Assembly (NCBI GenBank): GCA_009103225.1
Contig: RHPI01002262.1
Location: 1-64,000 of the forward strand
DNA length: 64,000 nt
Source of the DNA: Chlorokybus atmophyticus
Taxonomy: Eukaryota; Plantae; Mesostigma and Chlorokybus algae
Direction: 5' to 3'
Below are positions 35,472 through 47,508 of this stretch, in pieces; within the stretch, counting starts at the first letter, position 1; each line of letters begins with the position of its first letter. The position numbers were made by a program, and so were the translations under genes. The notes beneath the pieces are model-generated. The model saw only the letters and a list, made by a program, of their open reading frames with translations, ran no database searches and was not told the origin of the DNA.

Positions 35472-36929
35472 GAAGAAGCCCAACTTCTGCTCGATGCCCG
35501 ACGACGCCTACCACGCGGCCATCACCACACCACCAGCCCCGCTTTGCGCCTCTCCTTCCCAATTCCCTCCTCCCCACCTTCCCTCCGCCTGGCTCCTCCT
35601 CCGCCGCCTTTGGCGTCTGCAGATGCACTGCATGACACTGTGTTTTGTTTGATGTCGAGACCAGAGGCTAAGCTAGAGGTCGTGATAACTTGTAACTTTG
35701 AACACGTGTGTTGTGTCTTGCCGTGTGTTATTCATGTATTGTATGAGATTTGTACGAGAGTCGTGAGCTCAGCACAGAGCGGTAGTACTTGTTATTCTTG
35801 ACGACAAGCCTTGACCCAGCAACGGACTTATGCTCGACTCAGTTGCTGAAATCTGATGATATGCGATGTATGGCATAGTAAAAGAGTTGATGCACACGCA
35901 ACACCAGGCACTGCATGCTAGTAAGCACACCTCACCGGACCAAACTCACCCACTTGAGACCAGCGGCGGCCGCACAACAACACCAACACAGACAGATGAA
36001 GTTAATACCTCAGCGCCTTGTGCAAGGCTGTGCTTGGAAACGAGGCCGTCAGACAGAGGTGGAGTGATGGCAGCGGCGGCAGCTGGCTGTGCTTGTCACC
36101 GCGCAGGAGGCTGCGGGGATGGTTCAATGCTCTCTACTATCACTGGCGGAAGCGGGGGTCGAACACCCCTTCAAAAAAGGAAACCGCCTGAACCTGACCT
36201 AGCAGCCCACCACGGGGTGTTAACAGAACAGGCATATGTGCAATGTGCGAACACACCAGGCGATGGCACATGCAGTCTGCACTCGTGCGTGAGTAGTGTT
36301 GAATCCGGTAGACACAATACATACCAACGCGCACACATACACGCATGTGCATACCAACGTGCACACACAAGTATGCCTTGGTCATAGCCATGCCATGCCT
36401 TACGACTAACAACAATCACAACCAATGAGCGATGCACTCGGCCCATGCAACATGAATGTTATGCACATCCCGCGCACTAGCACGAATAGCATGCACAAGC
36501 AAACAACGACGGCCTGACACACACTCCGACCATCCTGCACATTCGGAGTCCACTGATGATCGAAGGTAAAGTTTGGCAGCGTCAGGCCGCAACCGCTGGC
36601 AGGGCGCACAGACCAACAATGCATGTGTGCACCGGTGGTGGTGTAAAGCACCAGCATAAAGTGCAGCGTTCAAGTCACTTCATGGAGGTCAGCAACTAGC
36701 AAGCACATCTCCGCTCAACCCAGACAGTCGGCATACCTGCACGGCGTGATTGCTCAGTCACTGCGTGGTGTGTACACACAGTCGGGCAGAGAATGGCAAG
36801 AGGTCAGATTGATGAGGATGACGGGACGTTGACGAGCAAGTCAGCAGCCACACCTTTCCACCGCCACCGCCACCGCCGCCTCAGTCAAGCCCCCATTTCC
36901 CGCCCAAACAGCTTGGGTATGCTGTAAAC

Positions 36930-39900
36930 ATGGGGACCGCTGCGGCGGCGGCGGCGGCGGCGGCGGCGTTCAGGGGCCAGCGGGTATGGATCTCGTCGTC
37001 CATGCAGCCCGACCACGCCGCCCGGCTGCAGAAGCTGCTGGCGGATGGCGGCGCCACCGTGCTGGTCGGAGGCACGGCTGGAGCAACCCGCACGGACTAC
37101 GTCGTGCTGGACGCCTTTCATGGGGTAATTGTCGTTACCACAATTGAATTATACACACGCTCAGCAGCCTTTTACCAGGCAAGTACGCTTAGGGTCGGTT
37201 TGGTATACTCTTTTACTTGCTGCTCACAAGAACCATTGCTGCCCACCATGCAGGAAGAATTCAACGAACTGAGCGGCAGGCACTGTCAGATCATAGGTAA
37301 TGCAAGTGCAAATGTACTGCAAGTCCCCCATGCCACGTGCGAGTGATATGTGGTCAACAATTGTTAGTGTTGTTGGTTGACGTTGTGTGCGTGGCTGTGT
37401 GTGTCTGCCACCAGGGCCTGTGTGTGTGGAGCAGTGTGCCAGGAGCGGCAAAGCACTGCCCAGATTGCAGCATGGAACTTCGATCTGTTGCCGTGGTCTG
37501 GAAGGCATTGTCGTCACGGGCACGGGGCTAGAGAAGAAAGAAGAGGTGTGTTCTTTATCCTGTTTCCTGCCAGGATGCAATGTTGCAAGCAAAGGCAGCA
37601 TGCACGCAGTATGCAGAGCAGCATGGGGTAAGTGCAGTTGCATGCATGAAAAGCAATGGGTGCGATGGCCGAGTACTGTGTTCAGGAGAAAATAAAGATG
37701 AAGGTGGAACGCATGAGTGGAGTGTACAAACACATTCGTGATGCGAGTCTCAGTAAGGCGGACATTGAAGGTGTGCATTACTTGGTCGGCACGGTGCCAT
37801 TCGCTGTTGGCGAAAAGTCCAAGTACTGGGTACGACAATCGCATGTCTGCTTGCACGAATACAACCACATTTTTGCTGAAGTGAGCCAGCTTGTCACTGA
37901 CATTACTACTTACTTCAGTGGGCGCAACAGCTTGGAAAACACATCGTGAGTCCAGACTGGGTGCATAGAAGTTGGGACAGGCATTGCACAGACGACTGGC
38001 AGCAAAACGAAGTCAAGCCTTTCACAGGCATGATCTTATGCGTGACTGGTCCCGACATACAAGGAGGTGTGCTGTTTATTGCGCTTGCACTGTTTATAGT
38101 ATTTGGTAAGATGAACACAGTGCGCTTTCTCAATGTTAGAGAGTTGTGACATGCCATATATGGTTGCAGAGGAAAGGAAACGCATACGCCAGCTCACAGA
38201 GCAGCATGGAGGGTGCTACTTAGCTGACCTGCAGACTACCTGCACACATCTCATCGCTACAATATCCTCTATGCGGGCTGCTACTCGCGTGCTCAAGTGT
38301 GGTTCTGCAGAGTTGTGTTCATGTGAACAGCCTCTTGATATTAAAGGTCATTTGCAAGCCTCCGCACTTAACTCACTCCCACAGCACGGACAGCGTCAAG
38401 TATGCTCAAGCGCTCAAGCGTGGTATCCATGTGGTAAGTCTTCGCTGGTTCTACAACTGTGTGGAGCAGAAAGGTGAGTACGACTCACAGCAAATGTCTC
38501 GAACATTTGTTCATTAGATGCACTCTCATGCATTCTTATGCAACATCTGTTGCAGCCCGGCTTGAGGAAGCCAAGTATCCTGTTTCGCAACCAACAATGC
38601 AGCTGCAGAGTCTGGCCCCATCCCTCTCTGGAAGCATGACGCTAAGTGCAGCTGTGAACATCCAGACACCTGCTGTGCAAAGCAACTCGAAGGAGCCGCA
38701 ATGTGTACCAATGGAGCGTACAACCACTGCGAATGCTCTGTCTGAAGATGATGACAGTCTATACTTGGCCAGGTAGCAGCTGGTCCTCAATGTGTTGCTG
38801 GCCATTGCTTTGGGTTGTACAAGTCCACTAAGCTTCTCATGTTCGCGCAGCTGTCGCATATTCTTGGCAGGCTTTGATGGTGACAGTCTGAGATATATGG
38901 TGAAGTTGGTGCGTCAAGGTGGGGGCACTCGCTACGCAGAGTACAACCCAACAATAACACACGTGGTCGTTGGGAAGGCAGATAGCAGGTGTGTTTCTCT
39001 TGCTGCAATCAGTTTATTGCTTCCTGTGTTGAGTTTGCATTGCACAGTGAACTCAAGACTCTGCGTGCCAAAGCTTCAACAGCTACACCACACTTCGTCA
39101 GAGCTGCTTGGCTGGAGCAGTGTGTACAGTTACAGATGCAGTTGAGCGAGCTCCCGTACAACTTGTCACAAGCTGAGCTATTTGGTGGGTGGACTCAATT
39201 GGTATTGTTATTGGAGGTTACAGTTGCTTACATTTACTTAACATTAGCACCGTTGCATGGCATCTTTGAGGCATTTATGCAAAGGCTGTTTGTTTAGGGC
39301 CTCTCCAGCAACCGCAGCACAGGCAACAAGCCGCTTCAAGAGTAACCGCACTATTTGAAGACGATGGGAGTCCTGATGACCCAGGAAGCACCCGGTGGCA
39401 GCAGAAACAGCAGAAAGACTCTATGATTGTGGCACCGTCACGTGACCAGTCGCAAAACAGGATGGCCAGTGTTAGAGAGCGTGTGGAACAGAGGTTGCAA
39501 GCTGAGCTTAGGCGAACTGCCAGTGAAAAAGACGATTGGGTGGTGAAGAACTCTCTGCATGGCAAGCCAGACAGGCGTCTGTTGCCAAGTTCACAGTCCC
39601 TGCTCATAGACTATCCTGAAAGCCAGCGAGTGGTTCAGCCCACTGCTGGTGTATATGAGCAGACTGATGACAAGTTCCCCGGCCTCAGCGGCCAAGTGCT
39701 GAAAGGCAAGCGCATCAGCTTTGTTGCCGATCTGCAGCAACCACAAAACATCCAGACTGTGCAGAATGCAGGCGGCGTTCTTTGTGACCGAGACGAGAGT
39801 CCAGACTACCTCATTGGCTCGTGTAGCTCACTCAACAACCCGCGATGCTCTCTGTGTCCGATTGTCACATTGGCTTGGCTTGAAGCGTGCTGTCGGCGGA

Positions 39901-41714
39901 ACGAGTTACTAGATCCTTACGGCTCCATCACCTACCAGCCGCTGCCCGTCGCACTGCCATTGTCCAACATGGCCAACATCAAAGTCAGCGTGTCGGGCTT
40001 TGCAGACTCCGAGCGCTCTGCACTTCTGCAACTAGCAAAAGTTCTTGGTGGAAAGAGTTATGAAACACTGTCCAGGAAGACAACTCACCTCATTGCTGAA
40101 AAGCAAGGCACTGAGAAATGCCAGAAGGCGGCTGAGTGGGGCACAGTGGTAGTGTCATCCGCGTGGCTGTATAGTTGTGCAAAACAGGTACGCCAGTTTG
40201 TTTTGATCTGCATTTGGTTGTCATCCCAAGGTTATCGTGATGTATTATTAAGAAAACGACTAAGTATTCAAGGTATCGATTGTAAGCTGCGCTAGTTGTA
40301 CCTACCTGCTGCATCGTTTATCTTGCAGGGCAAGTTGCTTCCGGCGGAAGATTTTTCCTTGATGGAAGCTCCACTTCTGGGCAGTGCAGCAAATGCATCA
40401 ATCGCCGATGTTCCCCAGATGGCATTGGTGCGGCGTGCTTCCTTGGTCAAGACCACCATTGTGTCAAGCAACATTATTGAGCCGCAACCAAGTTCATCAC
40501 AGGCAAAAGCGGCCGCAGGGGTTGGAAGGAAGCCAAAACCTCAGAAACGAGCAAGAGTTCAGAAAATCACGCTCACCTGCACGCAGAGTCTTGCAGCCAG
40601 AGTGGATCCGTGGGATGCGGGTAGTTCACCATGGACTCAAGTAAGTTGTCACTGTTTCTGCAGGTTGTCTAAATGAACTGGTTGCAGCAATGGCCGTAAC
40701 TGCAACCATACACAGGCATCGCAAGAGCCAGTTGCAGACGTTGTGGATGAGCCTCAACATGTAGAACAAGAACAGAAAGCAGCACATACCAAAGCGCAAG
40801 AAGAAGCACAAGAAACAGCACATACCAGAGCACAAGATATGGTATTTGCCGTGGAAATGCATGCGATGAGACCAGCTCTTCCTGACTCAGAGGGAATAGC
40901 GGCAGTTGAGGAGTTTCTTGCCAGAAGCAACATTGCGGTAAAGGTTTTGCCATGCATGTGCTGAGCCTGGCTGCATTTGCCTATGTGTGACACGGAGCCA
41001 TTGTGCAGGAGCCGACACTACCAAATAGGAGTGGAGCGACAGATGTCATACAATCAGTAAGCCTGCAGCTGGTTGTTGTAGGTTCTTTTGTTCACGTCCT
41101 CGTGCTTTGGGTTTGAATCGGTCTCAATGCCGTAATGCGTCAAGGTGATAAACGAGCCGCTGATGGAGCACAGCATCAACTTGGATGTTGGCAAGCGGCA
41201 GACACGCTCAGCCACCAAGCGCCAGCGCCTGTCGCTGGAGGGTGTTCGGCCAGCAGGTGTGGCAGTGAGCAATACTTGCAGTGGCAGCACAGCCAGCACT
41301 GCTGCGCATAGCACGGCTACCTTTGCTGCTAATGAGCCAGAGTCAGCATCTCAGTTTGCATCTCAGGTGAGCGGTTCATCACCTGCGTTTTTGTTGTCTG
41401 CAACCTTGCAGTATCCACGACTTGATGGGCTACTCATGTCAGCTTTGCATCACAAGTGAAGGGTTTGGAATGCACTGGAGGGTTCTGAACACGCGTTGTT
41501 ATTGTTACAGGTTGTTGGTTATGATATAGGTCAAAATCAGCAGCAGCTACTGGCTAAAGTTGGAGCAGGCATGCGCTCATCGCAACGTCTACCAACACTT
41601 GCTAGCAGCCAACGAAGCGCCGGTGGCGCAAGCCGACTGGGTTCGAGCAACTTGATAGCCTTTGGCCGCTTGTGTCAGGCAGCTAACGGAAACACCAATA
41701 CACAAGAGGGCTAG
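36930..41714 (+). CDS. TOPBP1: DNA topoisomerase II-binding protein 1 (multi-BRCT; plant MEI1-like)
   Basis: Several BRCT repeats: KPFTGMILCVTG..CTHLIA..KYAQALKRGIHVVSLRWFYNC; CRIFLAGF..MVKLVRQGGGTRY..ITHVVVG; and VSVSGF..ERSALLQLAKVLG..TLSRKTTHLI..KAAEWG..VVSSAWLYSC. Confidence 0.88.
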
Positions 41715-42684
41715 TCTCATGACCAGTACATCTGTAGTGGATTATTTGTGTTTGTTTCCGGGATCACGCTCGGTACGCACAGCTTTCGTTGGCTACAGGG
41801 TAAGTGGCACTAACAAACGGTTACCCGTTTTAGACGCATCGTGTGGGAACCCAGAGAGAGGGGCTGAGAGGGAGAGGGAGAGGGAGTTCAGCTTGTCTGC
41901 TTGCTGTTGCCATGCGAGCAAGTACTCAATTGAGTATGGACATGTATGCGTCTAATGGGGGGTGCTGGTGGTTGGGTAGTCTGGTAGTCACATAGATATA
42001 GAGTATGCTAGCCGGTGGTGTTGTATAATTGTGTGTGATTGTCAATGGCATGGTATATCGTAATGGCATGTCATGCACATGCACAACAGCACCTCGCATA
42101 TCTTGCACTGTCTTGTGAATCAATCGGATGTGATGGCAATATCAGGAAGTGATTGGGCGAGGTACGGCTTGTTTCGAAGATATTGATTTAAGGCAATCAA
42201 GTATACATTCTCTCAGCTTCATTGGTGAAGTATTGACGCCACAAGGCAGCGGAAATGCGCGGTTAGTATAATTGCAAAGTCCAAAAACCGCTCAGGAAAG
42301 TAATAAGCAAGGTCGTTTACGGTCATTTTGTTTGTGACCGCCTTGTTGTTAATGATCAGCCCCAAACAGGGGTGGCTCAAAGGTCAAGTGTTGCAGAGGT
42401 TATTCAGCAGCAATCATATCCCACCCTTCGCCTGATGTACCCCATCTTCGTGCGCGTAAAACTGAAGGCAGCAAGCACTGATTTTGAAGCCACCTTCAAC
42501 ACAGTCTGTTCGACATGACTGTATGTCGTAAGGGTTGTTGTACAAGTGACAAGTGGTGGTGCACTTTGCCCTTGTTATTTGTAACTTTGCGTTTGCTGCA
42601 CAAAGTTCCTGACTTGCTTTTTATGCTATGCAACTAACACATTATACACTGACGAGCACAAGGCCCGGGGCCAACATCTGTAAT

Positions 42685-45013
42685 TTACACAATCCAGTCA
42701 TAGTCATCCTCTACTGACGTAACGCATCTGTTGCTACGCTGTCTCAACACAACGCGCTCAGAAGCTGCCAGGTACTCCGCAATAAAGCGACCAATGTTGG
42801 AAGAATATGTCACAACCGCGTGCTCCGCGCTATGCACAAAAACCCACAACATGGCCAAAAAGTTGTCGTTGAACCACTGCTTCTGACCTGCGCCAACGCT
42901 CAGATGACCGCCCGCAGCCTCCAGCTCAGTCCTGTTCAGCAGCGTGTTGTACACCAAAGCCACATCTTCGCGCAGGTTGTGCTCTTCGGGATGGCTCGTG
43001 ATGTCCGCAATGGCTGTTTCGCTATCCGACATGAGCAGAACCGTGTTCCACTCCACACTTTGTTGCCGCTCAAGGGCTAACAGCACATTCACAAATTCTG
43101 TATTCTGGCGGTACGCCTTGTGAATCCGCCAGTACTTGTCTTCCCAAGCTTTGTCGGTCTGGCGTATATGAATGCCAGCAACTGTCTTGGAGGGCTCCAA
43201 GTGGCCTTCAAATTGCGCCAAAAGCCGCTTCGCTAGCCTCAGAATTCTGGTATGAGGAACAAACAGGCGCTGTGTAAGAATGCTGTACAACATGAACAAT
43301 CTATCTAGCTCATGGACCCGGTCAAAATCAGCCTCCGAGTCCATGTAAACAGCCTTTGCAGCTTTGAGCAGCTCCCAAAGCCTGTCTGGGAAGGCTAAGT
43401 GAGGGATAGGGAAAGTGGGATCAACAATATGTACAGTTGGGTAGTCGTTGAGGCGGCTCAGCTGCTGTAGAAACTTGTGAACTGGCATCCTCCTGACTGT
43501 TTGTATGTGCGAGGTGGTGTCCCCAAGCTGCTTCTCTCTGTCGGGATGCTGCGACAGCTCGCAACCTGTCAAGTCAGGTATATAACAACGGAAGTCAGCG
43601 GGGACGCATCCTTCGAACGTGCGCTTCTGCTCGGGATCAGGCCACATCACCACAGTGCGTCCTGTGTGGTAGCCAGCGAGCAGCAAGCGCAACCAATAGT
43701 GCATGTTGGACATCAGGCCTCCTCTCCACGGGCGCACGACAAGCCATTTCACAGCCGTGCAATCTGAAGGGTACTGTTGAAGGTGAAAGGCATCCGCTAC
43801 AATGTTTTGGGCATCGGCGGTCCATTGCAAGGCGTTGTCTGGAACAGGTATGCTTCTAACTATACAGCGACGCAACCTTGGTGGGAAGGATGGCTCATGC
43901 CTTGCGGCCTGTCTGTCTGCAGCTGATAACACAGTTCTATCAGCATGAATGGTGACCTGATCGGGGTAGCAATTGCTTATGCATGACGCTCGCTTGCACA
44001 GCAAATTTATGTATGCGCTCGAAGTCTCTGTGCAGCATGCATGCACCTTTTATAAACACCGTTGGATACTTACATGTGTTGGTTCGTGCAGGGACTTCCA
44101 GTCTGGGAATGGCAGGTTGCGGGGCTACTGGACGCCTGCTTAACAACTCACCCAGGTTCACGCAACGTAGGCAGCCTGCACACAAAGAGCACGTAAGAAG
44201 CGCATTGCGGGTATGCAGGTAACAACAACTGCGACGCTGTAGCAGACCCCCGGGCACTTGAGCCATGCACAGTAGAACGGCATTGGACTGATACTCAACA
44301 ACGGGGCGTTTCTGACTGGAAAATGCCACCTTGCTGGTCAGCATGGCAGCTACTGCAAGTGAGCGTAAGGCTGACAGGCCTAGCACAAGGCACATCGAGG
44401 CAGCATGCCCTCAATCACCTTACATACAGTACAACATTCACCGCCTGTCCACTTGCCACACCATCCGTTGCTGCAAACTGTCAATGAGCTGTATGTACGT
44501 GCATGTGTGAGGTGGCTTCGTGCATGTTACGACTTGGCGCTTGCTGAATTTCCCGCAACAGCACGGTATACCATAGCATGGGCACGACTTCAGCAGTTGA
44601 CGCTTGGTTGGTTTGTCTCCATGATCATCACATGACAACTGAGCAAGCAATCAGCATGCTAGGGGCTTGCGTGTACCAAGCTAACTGCTAGGCAACAAGA
44701 ACGGGGCCGCAGCCGACCAGGCCAGCCAGAGAGCCAGCAAGCAAACATGTCGAGTTTTACACAAGTTTTACAGACCTACGCCACTGGCCTGCCGCTGCTG
44801 ATAGAGCTGCAGGTCAGTGTAGTTGGTTGATTGCTGCTCCTGGCTTCCAGCTACGGCCGCCGCCGCCTCCCGCCTGTCCGGCCCAGCGCCAAGCAGCGTC
44901 GCCCCCACCGCCGCCAGCAATGCAATGCCTCCCAGCAGTGCGGCGGCCTGCGCAAGTCGTCTCGCTCGGACGCTGCTGCTGCTCGGCCTGGTGGCAGCGC
45001 GCATTGCCGTCAC
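42685..45013 (-). CDS. GT23-family (FUT8/NodZ-like) alpha-1,6-fucosyltransferase-like type II membrane protein
   Basis: The N-terminal anchor is AALLGGIALLAAVGATLLG. The catalytic exon has QQYPSDCTAVKWLV..GGLMSNMHY..AGYHTGRT, GIHIRQTDKAWE, LLMSD and VVTYSSNIGR. The middle exons are uncertain. Confidence 0.78.
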
Positions 45014-45921
45014 CAGGCCAAGCTTGGCCTGGTGTTGGCCTGGTCACCAGCCCCTGGTGCTCTGAGTGAGCACATATGCTTGCTCGGTGTATACTGCTGC
45101 ACACGCATTGCGTATTAAGCATACTCCGTTGACATGGCATAGCACGGTCATGTTAGCATCCATGATTGTCATCTCATTGCCGCATGGACAACTTGACATC
45201 TCGACGCTGCAATGCGCATGAGCCACAAGAACATCATGTACAATTGCATTTCCAATACATTGATGATAAAGTTCATGTACGCTACCTGTTGCAATAATAG
45301 TACGACTTGTAATGTTTGTTGTTATGTTGTTGAGGTATATGTTGTTGGGATATGTTTAACACATGAGCTACTTACAGTAATGGGGCATGCATTGGTTGGC
45401 AATATCACAACACGCCAACGGCATGCAATCTGTTGCCGCGCGGGCAAAGAAGTATAACAATGCGTTCATTCACACGGCAACATATCGTCATGTTATTGTT
45501 TTACTAATCATATAAGTATGATTATCACCACTTGTGCGAATTCAAACCTAACGATATCTCTGTTGCTCGTGTAGCTTAAGTTGCGGTGATACACAAAAAT
45601 TGGGCGTTTATCATGTTTTTTCGCCACGACATGAACGTGTAAAATTCCTTATCTTGTGTAGTACATCAGCTGACGCAATCCAAGCAGCATGAGGATCCCA
45701 AGCTCGTGAATTGTAATCTGATGTACACAAGCGTGAGGCCTTCCGCTAAAGTCTAAAGATTTCACTTTATATTTTACAACGCGCTTCATTTGACTTACTT
45801 AAAAAAGTGACATGTTTCCATGGGAAGCTGTTTCCATTCTGAGGCGTACGTAAATCCGCGGCCTGACCTGTCACAAAAGCATGCCTCTTAGGGCCCCAAA
45901 ATACAAAAGCGCTCAGTGAGT

Positions 45922-46740
45922 TTAAAGTGAATAGTGTGATAGTTGGAGTTTAACTGCGCAGCTGACAGTTGCAACTTGAAGCTGCTGGCGCAATGATCCA
46001 ATAACTTCGTAGAATGGTTTTGCATTATCATGCAAAAGCACTGCGTTAAAAGAGCTTTGGGATAGTTTATGACACGGTAAGTAATTTGGAATGCGGTGAA
46101 AGCGTGAAATGTGCGTATACAATTCAGTTTTAATAATGCTTTGCAAATCTACAAGCAGCACCTTTTTAAGAATGAAATCGCTTTCCGAGAGCACATAGTG
46201 CATATATGAGCAGCGGAGGATTGCCCTTCAACAGCTCCAGCGGGAAGGCCGTTAGAAGTAGAAGTTGTATCATTATATTATATCAATCTTCGTTGGCATC
46301 GAACGTCGTTCAGCACGTCAAATGTTTAATGGAGCTTCGCTCACTTTAAGCGGAGGTAGACGCAAATCCCTTACACTACTTTTTCTCCTGCCAGTAGCCG
46401 TCAAGTTGCTTGCGGACGCACGTGTGCTTTCGGTAATAATTACCGGCACGCTGCATAACCCATCCGCATTGGCTTCCTGCCGCACATTACCCACAATCGT
46501 GATCAGATCGTCAAGCAGCTTTGCTAAAGCTGTTTTCAGAAGTTACTGCATTAGCCTACGTGAGAAGAGACAAGGTCGGCGCAAGCGCTTGTGAAGTCAC
46601 ATACCGGGCCAACAGCATGTGCGTACAGCGTGGAGCATAAGTGCATTGTTCTAGCATAATGATAGTTTGTGCATTTGTCGCTTGGAGTGGATGCCCGCAT
46701 CGATGGCAAGAACTGCTAATCAAGGCGTGCCCTCTGAGTA
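45922..46740 (-). pseudogene. Remnant paralog of Crinkler-like gene 2 (NTPase region)
   Basis: Shares DNA blocks with 33230-33700, e.g. ggccgttagaagtag, agacgcaaatccct.acact.ct, tgcttgcggacgcac, gagacaaggtc.gcg and caaggcgtgccctctga. The frames are broken. Confidence 0.75.
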
Positions 46741-47417
46741 ACGCAACATGTAAAGCGTGTTTGACCCCCTAGCATATTATGATGTTTATCTTGACGTATC
46801 ACTCAAAGTGCCACTTTCAAGTGGTATTGTCACCATGGTACATCCCATATACGTATTGTGAATTTCTTTTTATATTGCCAAAAATATAACAGCTGCATTG
46901 CTGCCGCTTTTTGGCATACAAAGTTTAGCACATTACGTATTGTCATCATGACAATTTATAATACATGATGTAACACATAACATGTTCTGACATGTCACAT
47001 TTGCAGGGCATAATGTAAAGCGCTTTATTGAGTGATGGCAATAGCCCTTCATAAGGAGTCATGTCGCGCTTTTAATACAGGTCTAGCGTAGAACCCACAT
47101 ACAAGCGGTCTGCAAGTGGGTTTTATGGTAACGTTGATTACAAGCATGACATGCATGTAGCACGATGATATATGCTTCTAAACGCGAGTGAAACACGTGA
47201 CATGATTACAAGTCCATTGTGACAACCCTACTAGCTAGCAGCACAGCAGCCTAGTCTAAAATGCACTTACCGCCTATCTTTTTCAAACATGCAACACTGT
47301 TGCAACTTAATAACCTATATTGACATGCAAACTTTGCATATGATTAATAGGTGTGTTTGCCTTGAGCAATGGCAACATGGTAGACCATTACTCTGGTTTA
47401 ACTTATCAAGGCCTAAT

Positions 47418-47495
47418 TGTAACGGGAAGGTACATTGAATTAACACAAATCGACCATAAAAGCGCGAAGTCTTTAAGGTTGAGTGGGCTGTAACA
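47418..47495 (+). repeat. 5' LTR (78 bp)
   Basis: tgtaacgggaaggtacatt...gagtgggctgtaaca. Confidence 0.85.
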
Positions 47496-47496
47496 T

Positions 47497-47508
47497 TGGT
47501 GTCGGAGC
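47497..47508 (+). promoter_or_regulatory. Primer-binding site TGGTGTCGGAGC (tRNA-iMet type)
   Basis: It differs from the plant iMet PBS TGGTATCAGAGC by two A>G changes, both of which allow G:U pairing. Confidence 0.7.

Noticed and set aside
35866-36860. Possible divergent gene upstream of TOPBP1
   Set aside because: Splice-like signals are present, but no consistent reading frame or motif was found.
42130-42560. Protein-like minus-strand frame (NKAVTNKMTVNDLAYYFPERFLDFAII)
   Set aside because: It has multiple stops and no recognisable homology.
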